Origin: a virus
Virus record (IMG/VR): IMGVR_UViG_3300030118_006020
Span: 1-40,511 of that record
DNA: 40,511 bases
Strand: one strand, 5' to 3'
In this document: positions 1 to 7,119 of the stretch, piece after piece
Layout: the number at the start of each line of letters is the position of its first letter
Numbering within the stretch: the stretch's first letter is position 1
The notes under the pieces: generated by a model
Told to the model about the DNA's origin: nothing
Seen by the model: the letters and a program-made list of their open reading frames with translations, nothing else
Database searches by the model: none
Made by a program: the position numbers and the translations under genes

Positions 1-86
1 AGAAGTGAGAAGTGCTACTTACTACTTCCTACTTTATCGAAAGTGAGAAGTGATACTTTCAGCTTTCAAGAGTGCAGGACTGGTCA
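1..86. repeat. Left copy of exact 86-bp direct terminal repeat
   Basis: Bases 1..86 match 40426..40511 base for base. Confidence 0.95.
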
Positions 87-108
87 AGACTCACTCTTCC
101 CAACTATT

Positions 109-174
109 GCACACTGCTCACAATATGGTGCACACTGCCCATTTATGGTAGGCATAAGGTAGAAACACGGTAGG
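109..174 (+). promoter_or_regulatory. Left-end repeat cluster: 2x GCACACTGC-N6-TATGGT plus 3x GGTAGR
   Basis: GCACACTGC at 109..117 and 130..138 (21-bp period), each followed by TATGGT (124..129, 144..149). GGTAGG/GGTAGA/GGTAGG at 147, 158, 169 (11-bp period). Function is inferred. Confidence 0.35.
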
Positions 175-175
175 A

Positions 176-204
176 ATATGAATGCTAATCAATTGGCATA
201 TAAT
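176..204 (+). promoter_or_regulatory. Candidate early promoter (perfect TATAAT, weak -35)
   Basis: TATAAT at 199..204, about 57 nt before ATG 261. The -35 region (ATATGA, 17-nt spacer) is poor. Confidence 0.25.
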
Positions 205-260
205 CTGCATTAGTGTCGTGTATCGGAATTAACCGGCCACGAACCAAGGAGAATATTACT

Positions 261-809
261 ATGCTTCACGCAATAACACGAACCCAAGCCCGAGGATTAA
301 ATACGAAGGACAACGCCGATTTTATCGAAAAGTTGTCCAAAGAATACGAAGCAATCGTCAAGGATATCGGAGCCGAACCCGAGAAAGCCCTGGACGTTAT
401 TGACCAAGCTAGTCACTACCAAGCGGGGTTTCTTGACCGAACCCCGAAAAATCAGCCTAAGCGGGGGAGGTTCGTAGTCGTTCGCAAATACTCGAAAATC
501 CCCGAGGGAATAACAGAGGTTGAAACAAATGACCATGTAGGCATCGGACTGTACTGGGTTCCAGGGTTTGAAACGGGCAAGGGCCCGAACGGTTGGACAC
601 CTGCACAATACAACAACGCAATGCGCAAGCTGTCTGACGCTCGTCTTAATATTGGAGTTCCATACCTGAAAGCATTACGGGAGCAAGTCGGGAGCCTGCG
701 TAAGCTCATCTCAGGCCTAGCACGTGCTAACACCGAGGCAGGCCTAGTGGCGAGAGACATGCAAGCCCGTATTGACCAGGCAGAGAAGCAGGCCGAAACC
801 ATAAACTAA
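261..809 (+). CDS. Hypothetical early protein (182 aa), first gene inside the left terminus
   Basis: ATG 261 preceded by AAGGAG (246..251). The GTG-213 start in the ORF track has no SD. No family recognised. Confidence 0.6.
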   Translation: MLHAITRTQARGLNTKDNADFIEKLSKEYEAIVKDIGAEPEKALDVIDQASHYQAGFLDRTPKNQPKRGRFVVVRKYSKIPEGITEVETNDHVGIGLYWVPGFETGKGPNGWTPAQYNNAMRKLSDARLNIGVPYLKALREQVGSLRKLISGLARANTEAGLVARDMQARIDQAEKQAETIN

Positions 810-811
810 CA

Positions 812-874
812 AACCAGGCCTAAAGGCCTACTAGCCCGATTGGCATAACCTAGGTTCGATTCCTAGGCGGGTTA
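812..874 (+). other. tRNA-like fragment (canonical T-arm plus partial acceptor), not a complete tRNA
   Basis: CTAGG-TTCGATT-CCTAG (850..866) is a 5-bp stem with a GGTTCGATTCC-type T-loop. AACC (812..815) can pair with GGTT (870..873). Two more hairpins: AGGCC-taaa-GGCCT (816..829) and GCC-cgatt-GGC (834..844). No valid anticodon arm. Confidence 0.4.
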
Positions 875-1140
875 TTTACATACTCGGTTAACTTATCGAC
901 CCACGGACCAGGACTAGCCTTAACAGGTCTCCTCTATCCCAAGTCGTGTTAATCGTTGCCCTATATAGGCATAGATGCGGCGTGTAAAAGCAAAGGGCAG
1001 CCGTGTGTCTGGACGACTTACTGTCCAGAAAAAGTGCAGCGGGTGATTCCGCTAGGCTCGAAGTCGGCTAACGCGCAGGTGACTGATAAAAACTTTCGTC
1101 GAGTTACATCTGCACAGCCACAAACCAAGGAGGATTCAAC

Positions 1141-1467
1141 ATGAGCATTAGAACAGAATACACAAACCCGAGCGTGACAGCACAGCCACGTCGAGAACAA
1201 ATCACGTATCGTGAGAACGACAACGAACAACCACTAAACACGACAGCCGTACGTCCACGACCAGGTCTCGCCCCTAGGGGGGTAGAGTTTGGTCCAAAAG
1301 ATTCGACGCTGCGAGCCATTGATGACGCAGTGACCGAAATGAATAACAGAATCAGGGCGATGCCTAAGATCATGATACGCCGAGGACGACACCACCGGTA
1401 CAAGGGCAAGAGTGTCCAGGAGGCATGGGCGAAAATGCGAGGAGGCAGGCGCAAATGCGTACGATAA
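1141..1467 (+). CDS. Hypothetical basic protein (108 aa)
   Basis: SD AAGGAGG 7 nt upstream of ATG. Confidence 0.6.
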   Translation: MSIRTEYTNPSVTAQPRREQITYRENDNEQPLNTTAVRPRPGLAPRGVEFGPKDSTLRAIDDAVTEMNNRIRAMPKIMIRRGRHHRYKGKSVQEAWAKMRGGRRKCVR

Positions 1468-1481
1468 AGGAGGAAACACCG

Positions 1482-2087
1482 ATGAACTACAACAAAGAAG
1501 AGATACGGCAGGCATATGCCACCAAAGACAAAGCCGTCATCCTCGATTTAGTCGAACAGGACTGGATGGACGCCACTGAAGGAGTGAAGGTCATCTCAAG
1601 AGGGATGAACCACAATGGCCTATATCATGTGGTCCTAGAGGGGCATGTGATCGCAGACGTCTCTTTCTGGGCAGACGATCCAAAGGTGATCTTCTGGAGC
1701 AGGAGGGACTCCAAGAAAGCTTACGCCGACCGAAAGGCGGCGAACAAGAAGAAGGCTGAAGCCTACAAGCGAGCTAGAAAGGAGGCGATTCGTCTCCGAG
1801 ACACGGGGCAGCTGACTGCCATGATGTACGAATACGGTCAAGAAGGCGGAGTCTTCAAGACCTCACTAGGAGAAGTGAGTGCGCGAGGGCTTATCGGAAA
1901 AGCATCGGCAACCGAGCTAGCAAGGTGGGACTACAACGGGCGGAATGGAGTCTGTCCGATTGATGAGTTCGGGGAATTGGTGGGCCCCAGAAAATACACT
2001 GCCGAAATAAAAATAAGACAACGCCGTCCAGCGGGAGGACTGAAGGACGACAGGAACCTGCCAGAAGTGGCAGTGCTTCCCTGGTAG
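1482..2087 (+). CDS. Hypothetical protein (201 aa)
   Basis: Internal ATG 1482 preceded by AAAGGAGG. The track start at 1425 overlaps the upstream gene. Confidence 0.6.
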   Translation: MNYNKEEIRQAYATKDKAVILDLVEQDWMDATEGVKVISRGMNHNGLYHVVLEGHVIADVSFWADDPKVIFWSRRDSKKAYADRKAANKKKAEAYKRARKEAIRLRDTGQLTAMMYEYGQEGGVFKTSLGEVSARGLIGKASATELARWDYNGRNGVCPIDEFGELVGPRKYTAEIKIRQRRPAGGLKDDRNLPEVAVLPW

Positions 2088-2102
2088 GAGGAGAACAAGG
2101 AT

Positions 2103-2300
2103 ATGAAAAGGCTACAACAACTCAAGAGGTGGCTCGCTGAGACTCAACGGGAACTCGCCGAGATAAACCAGGGAGTATGGCCCGATCTGGGCCTAGCTTA
2201 CCACGTCAGTGAGGAGGTGTTACGCGCCTCTTACGAGGCAACAATGAAAGCTCAGGAGCGACGGTTCCTGAAAGAGATAAAGGAGATAGAAGGACAATGA
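2103..2300 (+). CDS. Hypothetical protein (65 aa)
   Basis: SD GGAGGAG upstream; coiled-coil-like sequence. Confidence 0.5.
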   Translation: MKRLQQLKRWLAETQRELAEINQGVWPDLGLAYHVSEEVLRASYEATMKAQERRFLKEIKEIEGQ

Positions 2301-2650
2301 GTGTTCATGACATAGCAGATCACCTGTTCAAGATATATATTTGGGAGTGCAAATTTCGGGGTGAGAGCCCTTCCTTCAAGGGGCTAGACGACTATCTAGA
2401 ATCTCACATCGACAAGGAGATGGAGATCCAAGCTAAAGCCGAAAACCCGGATGATCCCGATAGCGCAGAGATTTACTCTGAAGTCAGTTATCCGGACTAT
2501 CGGCTCTGTCGTTATTTAGCGAGACAGATTTGCTGCTGGTGCTACCATAGCCATCCAGCCCTATACCGAGACTACGTGGCGGAGATGAAGGCACAGGAGA
2601 AACGAATCAAAGCTAACCGTTTACGCTGGCTGGAGACTGGAAGGAGATAA
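2297..2650 (+). CDS. Hypothetical protein (117 aa)
   Basis: ATGA start/stop overlap with the upstream gene. Confidence 0.55.
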   Translation: MSVHDIADHLFKIYIWECKFRGESPSFKGLDDYLESHIDKEMEIQAKAENPDDPDSAEIYSEVSYPDYRLCRYLARQICCWCYHSHPALYRDYVAEMKAQEKRIKANRLRWLETGRR

Positions 2651-2656
2651 AAGAAA

Positions 2657-2977
2657 ATGGATGATATTCAAGGGTACTACATTTGTATCGACGACGGCAT
2701 ATGTCCGTGGACAAACGAGGCACACCAGAATGTGCAAGTCAGGGAGTATGGCACCATCTGTGAATCTTCCGTCTGGGCAGGAGACAGTTTTGATAGGATC
2801 GTCGAACGGTTTGACGTGAGTGATCACGGGAACCTGAAAGACACGATCAAACATGCCAAGGAGGAATACCCAAAAGCCAAGTATGAAGGAACAAAACGAG
2901 GAAAGCCGATTCAGAATAAGATGAGTGATATCGCGCCTGACTGGTACGACCCAGCAGACATAGGAGAAGACTGGTGA
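2657..2977 (+). CDS. Hypothetical protein (106 aa)
   Basis: SD GGAAGGAG upstream. Confidence 0.55.
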   Translation: MDDIQGYYICIDDGICPWTNEAHQNVQVREYGTICESSVWAGDSFDRIVERFDVSDHGNLKDTIKHAKEEYPKAKYEGTKRGKPIQNKMSDIAPDWYDPADIGEDW

Positions 2978-3423
2978 AATACAGAGAGCATCGTCAAGAG
3001 ATTGTCGAGACCGTAGACAAGCTCATAACACTAATTCGATCAATCCCCGAGAACAAAAAGATTCCGGGGCACGAATACATAGAGAAGTACTCGCGAGGAC
3101 GCGACCTGAGAGGACACTGGGCCTCTTATGCCGTGGACATAATCTCCGAGTGCGTCACTCATGCCTTCTGGCCACGGAAGGAAGGAGACATCATGAAATA
3201 CAAAAGAGTTGAACAACTCAAAGGGGTGCGCTGGGGAACCAGTCACTTTGTCAACATGGGTAGTGCAGTCAGGTACTACGCGCAAACCGGCGAGACTCAA
3301 TCGCTGGCAGACAAGATCAAAAATGGAGAGATCACCATAGGCCCACCGAAAGGAAAGGAAAACGACACACTAGCTGTCGATGGAGACGGGCGCTTTTGGC
3401 TCGTAGAAGGAGTTCTTACATGA
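2974..3423 (+). CDS. Hypothetical protein (149 aa from GTG 2974; possible 76-aa product from internal ATG 3193)
   Basis: GTGA overlap with the upstream stop. In-frame ATG 3193 follows a strong SD, GGAAGGAAGGAG. Confidence 0.5.
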   Translation: MKYREHRQEIVETVDKLITLIRSIPENKKIPGHEYIEKYSRGRDLRGHWASYAVDIISECVTHAFWPRKEGDIMKYKRVEQLKGVRWGTSHFVNMGSAVRYYAQTGETQSLADKIKNGEITIGPPKGKENDTLAVDGDGRFWLVEGVLT

Positions 3424-3653
3424 AGACAAATAGATACCCGGCCAGTTGCGCCGAGTGCGGTGCGCGAGTAGCAAGGCGCGCCGGGATAATCAAAAAAGAG
3501 GGAGGCAAATGGAAGGTGTACCACCTGGCTTGCCATGAAGAAAGGGAGCCGAGAGTAGTAGAGACATACTTCCCGTCAACCGGGAATTATTATTATCAAA
3601 ACAGTCGAGGCAAGTGCATTGATGCACCGTGCTGCGGCTGCTGTAGCGCATAA
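3420..3653 (+). CDS. Small Cys-rich protein (77 aa), zinc-ribbon-like N-terminus, C-terminal CIDAPCCGCC motif
   Basis: ATGA overlap with the upstream stop. Contains CAECG...LACH and CIDAPCCGCC. Confidence 0.55.
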   Translation: MKTNRYPASCAECGARVARRAGIIKKEGGKWKVYHLACHEEREPRVVETYFPSTGNYYYQNSRGKCIDAPCCGCCSA

Positions 3654-3664
3654 GGAGGACTGAG

Positions 3665-4486
3665 ATGATGGACATAAAAAAAATAATCGAGCGGTGGAAC
3701 CAGCCAGCGCAAACGATTAGAACGAAAACCAAGGCACCACTGGGTGCCGTATGGTACGAGGGACCGTCGTTATATGACGGCAAGCAAGTACGGGTAGTCG
3801 TCAACCAGCTGAACGGATCAAGCAACAGTAAGACAGGCATGGCAAACGTGTCAGTATTGCCGATGGGTAAGCCCAGCCAGGCTCTCCGTGAGGGTCGAGA
3901 CCATAGTGTCTGTGGCGATTGCAAGCTGAGAGGCACGGCTTGCTATGTGAATCTCGGTAGAATGGGTTTCGACACCACAGCGGACGCCATTGATCGCGGA
4001 CGGTACGAATACGATCCAGAGGCAGCCATCAAGCTGTTAGAGCAAGGCGAGGGGCCGGTACGCTTTGGCGCATACGGCAACATGAGTGCTGTACCTTTCG
4101 AGGTGACCGAGTCAATACTGGAAGTGGTCGGTCATCGCGGCTGGACCATGTACGTGTCCGACTGGCGGGACTGTGATCAGCGCTTTCGTGAGTTTGCCAT
4201 GGCGTCATGTCATACAGTGGAGGAAGCCATCGAGGCTCGCGACATGGGGTGGCGGTTCTTTCTGGCGATACCTGACGAATCTTTGCCCAAGGCTTCAGAG
4301 CAACTGGAGAGCAGGAAGATCAAGTGGTCGCCGTGTCCCAACTCACAAGACTCAAATATCAAGTGCGCCGCCTGCAAGTTATGCGACGGTGCAGCAGATG
4401 ACGATGATGCGAGAGCGTCAATCATTAACAAAGTGCATGGCACGTCAGCCACGCGCAAACACTACCGCTTAGCGGTACTAAACTAG
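3665..4486 (+). CDS. Conserved-looking Cys-rich phage protein (273 aa), function unknown
   Basis: SD AAGGAGG. Cys clusters CGDCKLRGTACY and CPNSQDSNIKCAACKLCDG. From memory it resembles the uncharacterised phage GP88-like family (unverified). Confidence 0.6.
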   Translation: MMDIKKIIERWNQPAQTIRTKTKAPLGAVWYEGPSLYDGKQVRVVVNQLNGSSNSKTGMANVSVLPMGKPSQALREGRDHSVCGDCKLRGTACYVNLGRMGFDTTADAIDRGRYEYDPEAAIKLLEQGEGPVRFGAYGNMSAVPFEVTESILEVVGHRGWTMYVSDWRDCDQRFREFAMASCHTVEEAIEARDMGWRFFLAIPDESLPKASEQLESRKIKWSPCPNSQDSNIKCAACKLCDGAADDDDARASIINKVHGTSATRKHYRLAVLN

Positions 4487-4495
4487 GAGAAACAG

Positions 4496-4708
4496 ATGAC
4501 TGAGATAAATGTAAATGAAGAGATCGCTAAAGCAGCGTTGAAGAAAAATCACGGAAGAGTGTGGACCACCAGCGAGATGGTGGAAGAATTCGATGTGAAG
4601 CACTTCTTAGCGCCGTTTGTCAGTGTGGTCAGGAAGTCAGACGGAGTGAAGGGAACACTGATGTTCTCTCACAGACCGAGGTTCTACTTCAAATTCAAGG
4701 AGGTGTAA
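4496..4708 (+). CDS. Hypothetical protein (70 aa)
   Basis: SD TAGGAG upstream. Confidence 0.55.
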   Translation: MTEINVNEEIAKAALKKNHGRVWTTSEMVEEFDVKHFLAPFVSVVRKSDGVKGTLMFSHRPRFYFKFKEV

Positions 4709-4709
4709 G

Positions 4710-4967
4710 ATGAAGATATACATAGCGGAGGACCCAGGACATGCCTGGGCAATCGTAGATGCCGACTGGCTGGCTAGCTTAGGCATACAAGCCACTGAGT
4801 TTAGCAAGTATTCCTATCGAAGTAGAGACAACATGCTTGCTCTTGAGGAGGATTGCGATCTACCTCTTCTCGTCAAGAGACTTGAGGAGGTCGGCGTAAA
4901 GGTAGAGCTGGTCAAGTCCAGCGTCAACTCGCGCTGCAATCCGCGCAGCTGGGGGAGGATACACTAA
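4710..4967 (+). CDS. Hypothetical protein (85 aa)
   Basis: SD AAGGAGG upstream. Confidence 0.55.
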   Translation: MKIYIAEDPGHAWAIVDADWLASLGIQATEFSKYSYRSRDNMLALEEDCDLPLLVKRLEEVGVKVELVKSSVNSRCNPRSWGRIH

Positions 4968-5092
4968 TGAAGAAGATAATTATGATCATTGCAACTTTAG
5001 TTGCGGCGGCAACCCAACTTGCGGAGGACAACGTCCAGCATGTCGTTTTTACTGACGATGAAGCACTCGTCGTGGTGGTTAGTCATGAGTAA
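4967..5092 (+). CDS. Unannotated 41-aa ORF with hydrophobic N-terminus (MKKIIMIIATLVAAATQLAEDN...)
   Basis: Below the ORF-track size cutoff. SD GGGGGAGG lies 9 nt upstream. TAATG overlap with the upstream stop, and its stop overlaps the next ATG. Confidence 0.45.
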   Translation: MKKIIMIIATLVAAATQLAEDNVQHVVFTDDEALVVVVSHE

Positions 5093-5276
5093 TGAGGTTC
5101 ACGGGAGAGAGTGGCTTGTGCCATTCCTGAGAGGCTTTGCCAACGAACTGCAGGACACCTTGCAGGATGTTCAATACTGGTACAAGCAGGCTATGCAATA
5201 CCGCGACCAGATAAAAGCCCTGGAAGGGGTGATCAAGGAGATGAGAGATGAGAAACCTAGAGAAGATAATCAATGA
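5085..5276 (+). CDS. Hypothetical protein (63 aa)
   Basis: ATG 5085 is in frame with track ORF 5001..5276. The upstream part of that ORF overlaps the 41-aa ORF. Weak SD. Confidence 0.45.
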   Translation: MSNEVHGREWLVPFLRGFANELQDTLQDVQYWYKQAMQYRDQIKALEGVIKEMRDEKPREDNQ

Positions 5277-5619
5277 GGCCCTGGAATTATTCCGAGGAGT
5301 AATCAAGGAGAACCCGGAGAACATAGCTGTCCTAGAGGAAGGCTTCAGTACTTGGATTGAAAACATACTGCTGGGGCAGGCCCAGCCACATGGCAGATTC
5401 AGCTCATACTGCATCGCCAAGCAGTCAGAAGAGTTCCGGTCTACCCTTAGAGGTATGTACAGCGACCCCGAGTGGGAGGATGGGGTTGTCAATAAGGAGA
5501 TTTGTGCTACACTGGCAGCAATGACCACATTCGACGCGGAGCGAGAGACCGCAGAAGATGAAGCTCAGTGGGACTATGAGATGAAAGTCACTGAAGAGTG
5601 GCAAAGGAGACAATACTAA
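5248..5619 (+). CDS. Hypothetical protein (123 aa)
   Basis: SD AAGGAG upstream. Confidence 0.55.
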   Translation: MRNLEKIINEALELFRGVIKENPENIAVLEEGFSTWIENILLGQAQPHGRFSSYCIAKQSEEFRSTLRGMYSDPEWEDGVVNKEICATLAAMTTFDAERETAEDEAQWDYEMKVTEEWQRRQY

Positions 5620-5948
5620 TGGAAATTGAGAGCATAACTGACTGGCTCAAGAAGAGCGAGGATGAGCTTGCTCATATCCGGTATCAACTGGAGGAGAGAC
5701 CGGCGATAAAAATGTATTCGTTCCAGACGGATCAGGATGAGTGCGTGTTGGCAGATGACCCTGCGTCAATCGCTTTTACTGCAATGAAGGGCTTAATACC
5801 CATGCCCTGCGACGAGAACCCTCGAAACGATTGTCTAGGAACGTTTAGTTATCCGCTGGCTCTGCAAGTGGCCAAGGAGAACAACTGGAGACTTGTAGAA
5901 AAGACATATTACATGTGCTCGGTGGGCTCGGAGGACTACACAGAGTGA
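5619..5948 (+). CDS. Hypothetical protein (109 aa)
   Basis: ATG 5619 overlaps the upstream TAA. SD AAAGGAG. Confidence 0.55.
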   Translation: MEIESITDWLKKSEDELAHIRYQLEERPAIKMYSFQTDQDECVLADDPASIAFTAMKGLIPMPCDENPRNDCLGTFSYPLALQVAKENNWRLVEKTYYMCSVGSEDYTE

Positions 5949-5971
5949 AACCAATACATGTAAAAGGAGAG

Positions 5972-6196
5972 ATGCTAATTGAGCACGTGCTGTCTCGGTT
6001 GAGGAGCGCCCAAGATAACCTAGCGCAAGTAAAGAAGGCTAAACTTGATGCAGATGCAGCAGTGGCAGCCATACATGCGAGCGTGACGATCTTGTACGCG
6101 ATCAAAGAGCTAGAGATCATGATAGTGCGCGATGAGGTAGAGGACCTCGAATCCGCACTACACTTTGACAAACGAACAAGTGAGGAGACGATATGA
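5972..6196 (+). CDS. Hypothetical coiled-coil protein (74 aa)
   Basis: ATG 5972 preceded by AAAAGGAGAG. Confidence 0.5.
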   Translation: MLIEHVLSRLRSAQDNLAQVKKAKLDADAAVAAIHASVTILYAIKELEIMIVRDEVEDLESALHFDKRTSEETI

Positions 6197-6420
6197 ATCA
6201 GCAAATAAGTTTTCGCCCGACGGCGAAGACAATAGAGCGGCTTGACCGCATGACCAAAATTAGAAAGCCAATGGATCAGTGGGCTAACGGCAGGCCTTCA
6301 ATGATTCGGACACGCGCCGAATTGATCACGGAATACGTAATCGAAGGGCTAGCTAGAGACGAAGCATTCTGCGACTACATGGACAGTCAAGCTGACTTGA
6401 CCAAGGAGGACCCTTCGTAG
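6193..6420 (+). CDS. Ribbon-helix-helix (CopG/Arc-like) DNA-binding protein (75 aa)
   Basis: N-terminal QISFRPTAKTIERLDRM (strand plus helix) and a second helix RAELITEYVIEGLAR. SD GAGGAG. Confidence 0.55.
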   Translation: MNQQISFRPTAKTIERLDRMTKIRKPMDQWANGRPSMIRTRAELITEYVIEGLARDEAFCDYMDSQADLTKEDPS

Positions 6421-6423
6421 AGA

Positions 6424-6594
6424 ATGGCCACAATGGGCCACGCAACCAAAGGACGAGTAGTTCGGGCAAGAATCACAGAACAGCAAGCCAAGCAAATAGA
6501 AGGCTACATTCAACGTCATCCTCATCTAAAGACAATGAGCTCTGTACTTCGATACGCTCTTGAGCGTCTTGTGCAGAAAGAGCAGAAGAGATGA
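6424..6594 (+). CDS. Unannotated second RHH-like protein (56 aa)
   Basis: MATMGHATKGRVVRARITEQQAKQIEGYIQRHPHLKTMSSVLRYALERLVQKEQKR shows a strand-helix-helix pattern. Below the track cutoff. The SD is distant (14 nt). Confidence 0.45.
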   Translation: MATMGHATKGRVVRARITEQQAKQIEGYIQRHPHLKTMSSVLRYALERLVQKEQKR

Positions 6595-6674
6595 AGGTCA
6601 TGATCGAGGAGCTGCTGGCTGCAGCGTTTGCTGTTACTGTGTTCTGGTTTATCTTGACGTGGATTGGGGGATAA
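6591..6674 (+). CDS. Speculative 27-aa hydrophobic micro-ORF (MKVMIEELLAAAFAVTVFWFILTWIGG)
   Basis: ATGA overlap with the RHH stop. It ends 1 nt before the nuclease ATG and has one TM-length hydrophobic stretch. Confidence 0.25.
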   Translation: MKVMIEELLAAAFAVTVFWFILTWIGG

Positions 6675-6675
6675 G

Positions 6676-7119
6676 ATGGGAGGCCGAGCGTCACGCACAA
6701 AGGGGCACAACTTTGAACGATGGGTATCACGAAGACTAAAGGAATTGTTTCCCGATCTCGCTGACGAAATCAAACGAGGATGGCAGAATGCTGGCCCCTT
6801 CACGCCAGATGTTATCTTTCCAGGTGACATATGGTTTGAGTGCAAGAGAGGACGCAAGCCAAACCCAAGGGCTGCACTGGCGCAAGCATTGAGAGATGCA
6901 CCTGCTGATCATATGGCTGTTGGCATTATAAAAGATGATCGCGCCGAGCCGTTTGTGGTACTCACGCTGGAGCACTTTGAGAAGTTCTTGATTGCGTATC
7001 AAAACAGTAAGACCCCTGCACCCGAGAGGACAGCTAGACCTGAGACCAGCCCAGGCTTCAGGATAAGTCAGACAAGCGAAGGATTCACCATACATTTAAC
7101 TAAGGAAGGAGATGAGTAA
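6676..7119 (+). CDS. PD-(D/E)XK nuclease, Holliday-junction-resolvase-like (147 aa)
   Basis: KGHNFERWVSRRLKE...PDVIFPGDIWFECKRGRK matches the G-x-x-FE ... D ... E-x-K pattern of Hjc/RecB-like nucleases. Confidence 0.5.
   Translation: MGGRASRTKGHNFERWVSRRLKELFPDLADEIKRGWQNAGPFTPDVIFPGDIWFECKRGRKPNPRAALAQALRDAPADHMAVGIIKDDRAEPFVVLTLEHFEKFLIAYQNSKTPAPERTARPETSPGFRISQTSEGFTIHLTKEGDE

Noticed and set aside
812-874. A complete tRNA gene
   Set aside because: Only the T-arm and part of the acceptor can be drawn. The span is about 63 nt, no 5-bp anticodon stem or 7-nt loop fits, and the acceptor pairs at only 4-5 of 7 positions. Reported as tRNA-like only.
956-1144. 62-aa + strand ORF in the gap after the first gene
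   Set aside because: It starts at TTG with no SD, its composition is not protein-like, and its stop overlaps the SD-driven ATG at 1141. It is more likely non-coding leader or regulatory DNA.
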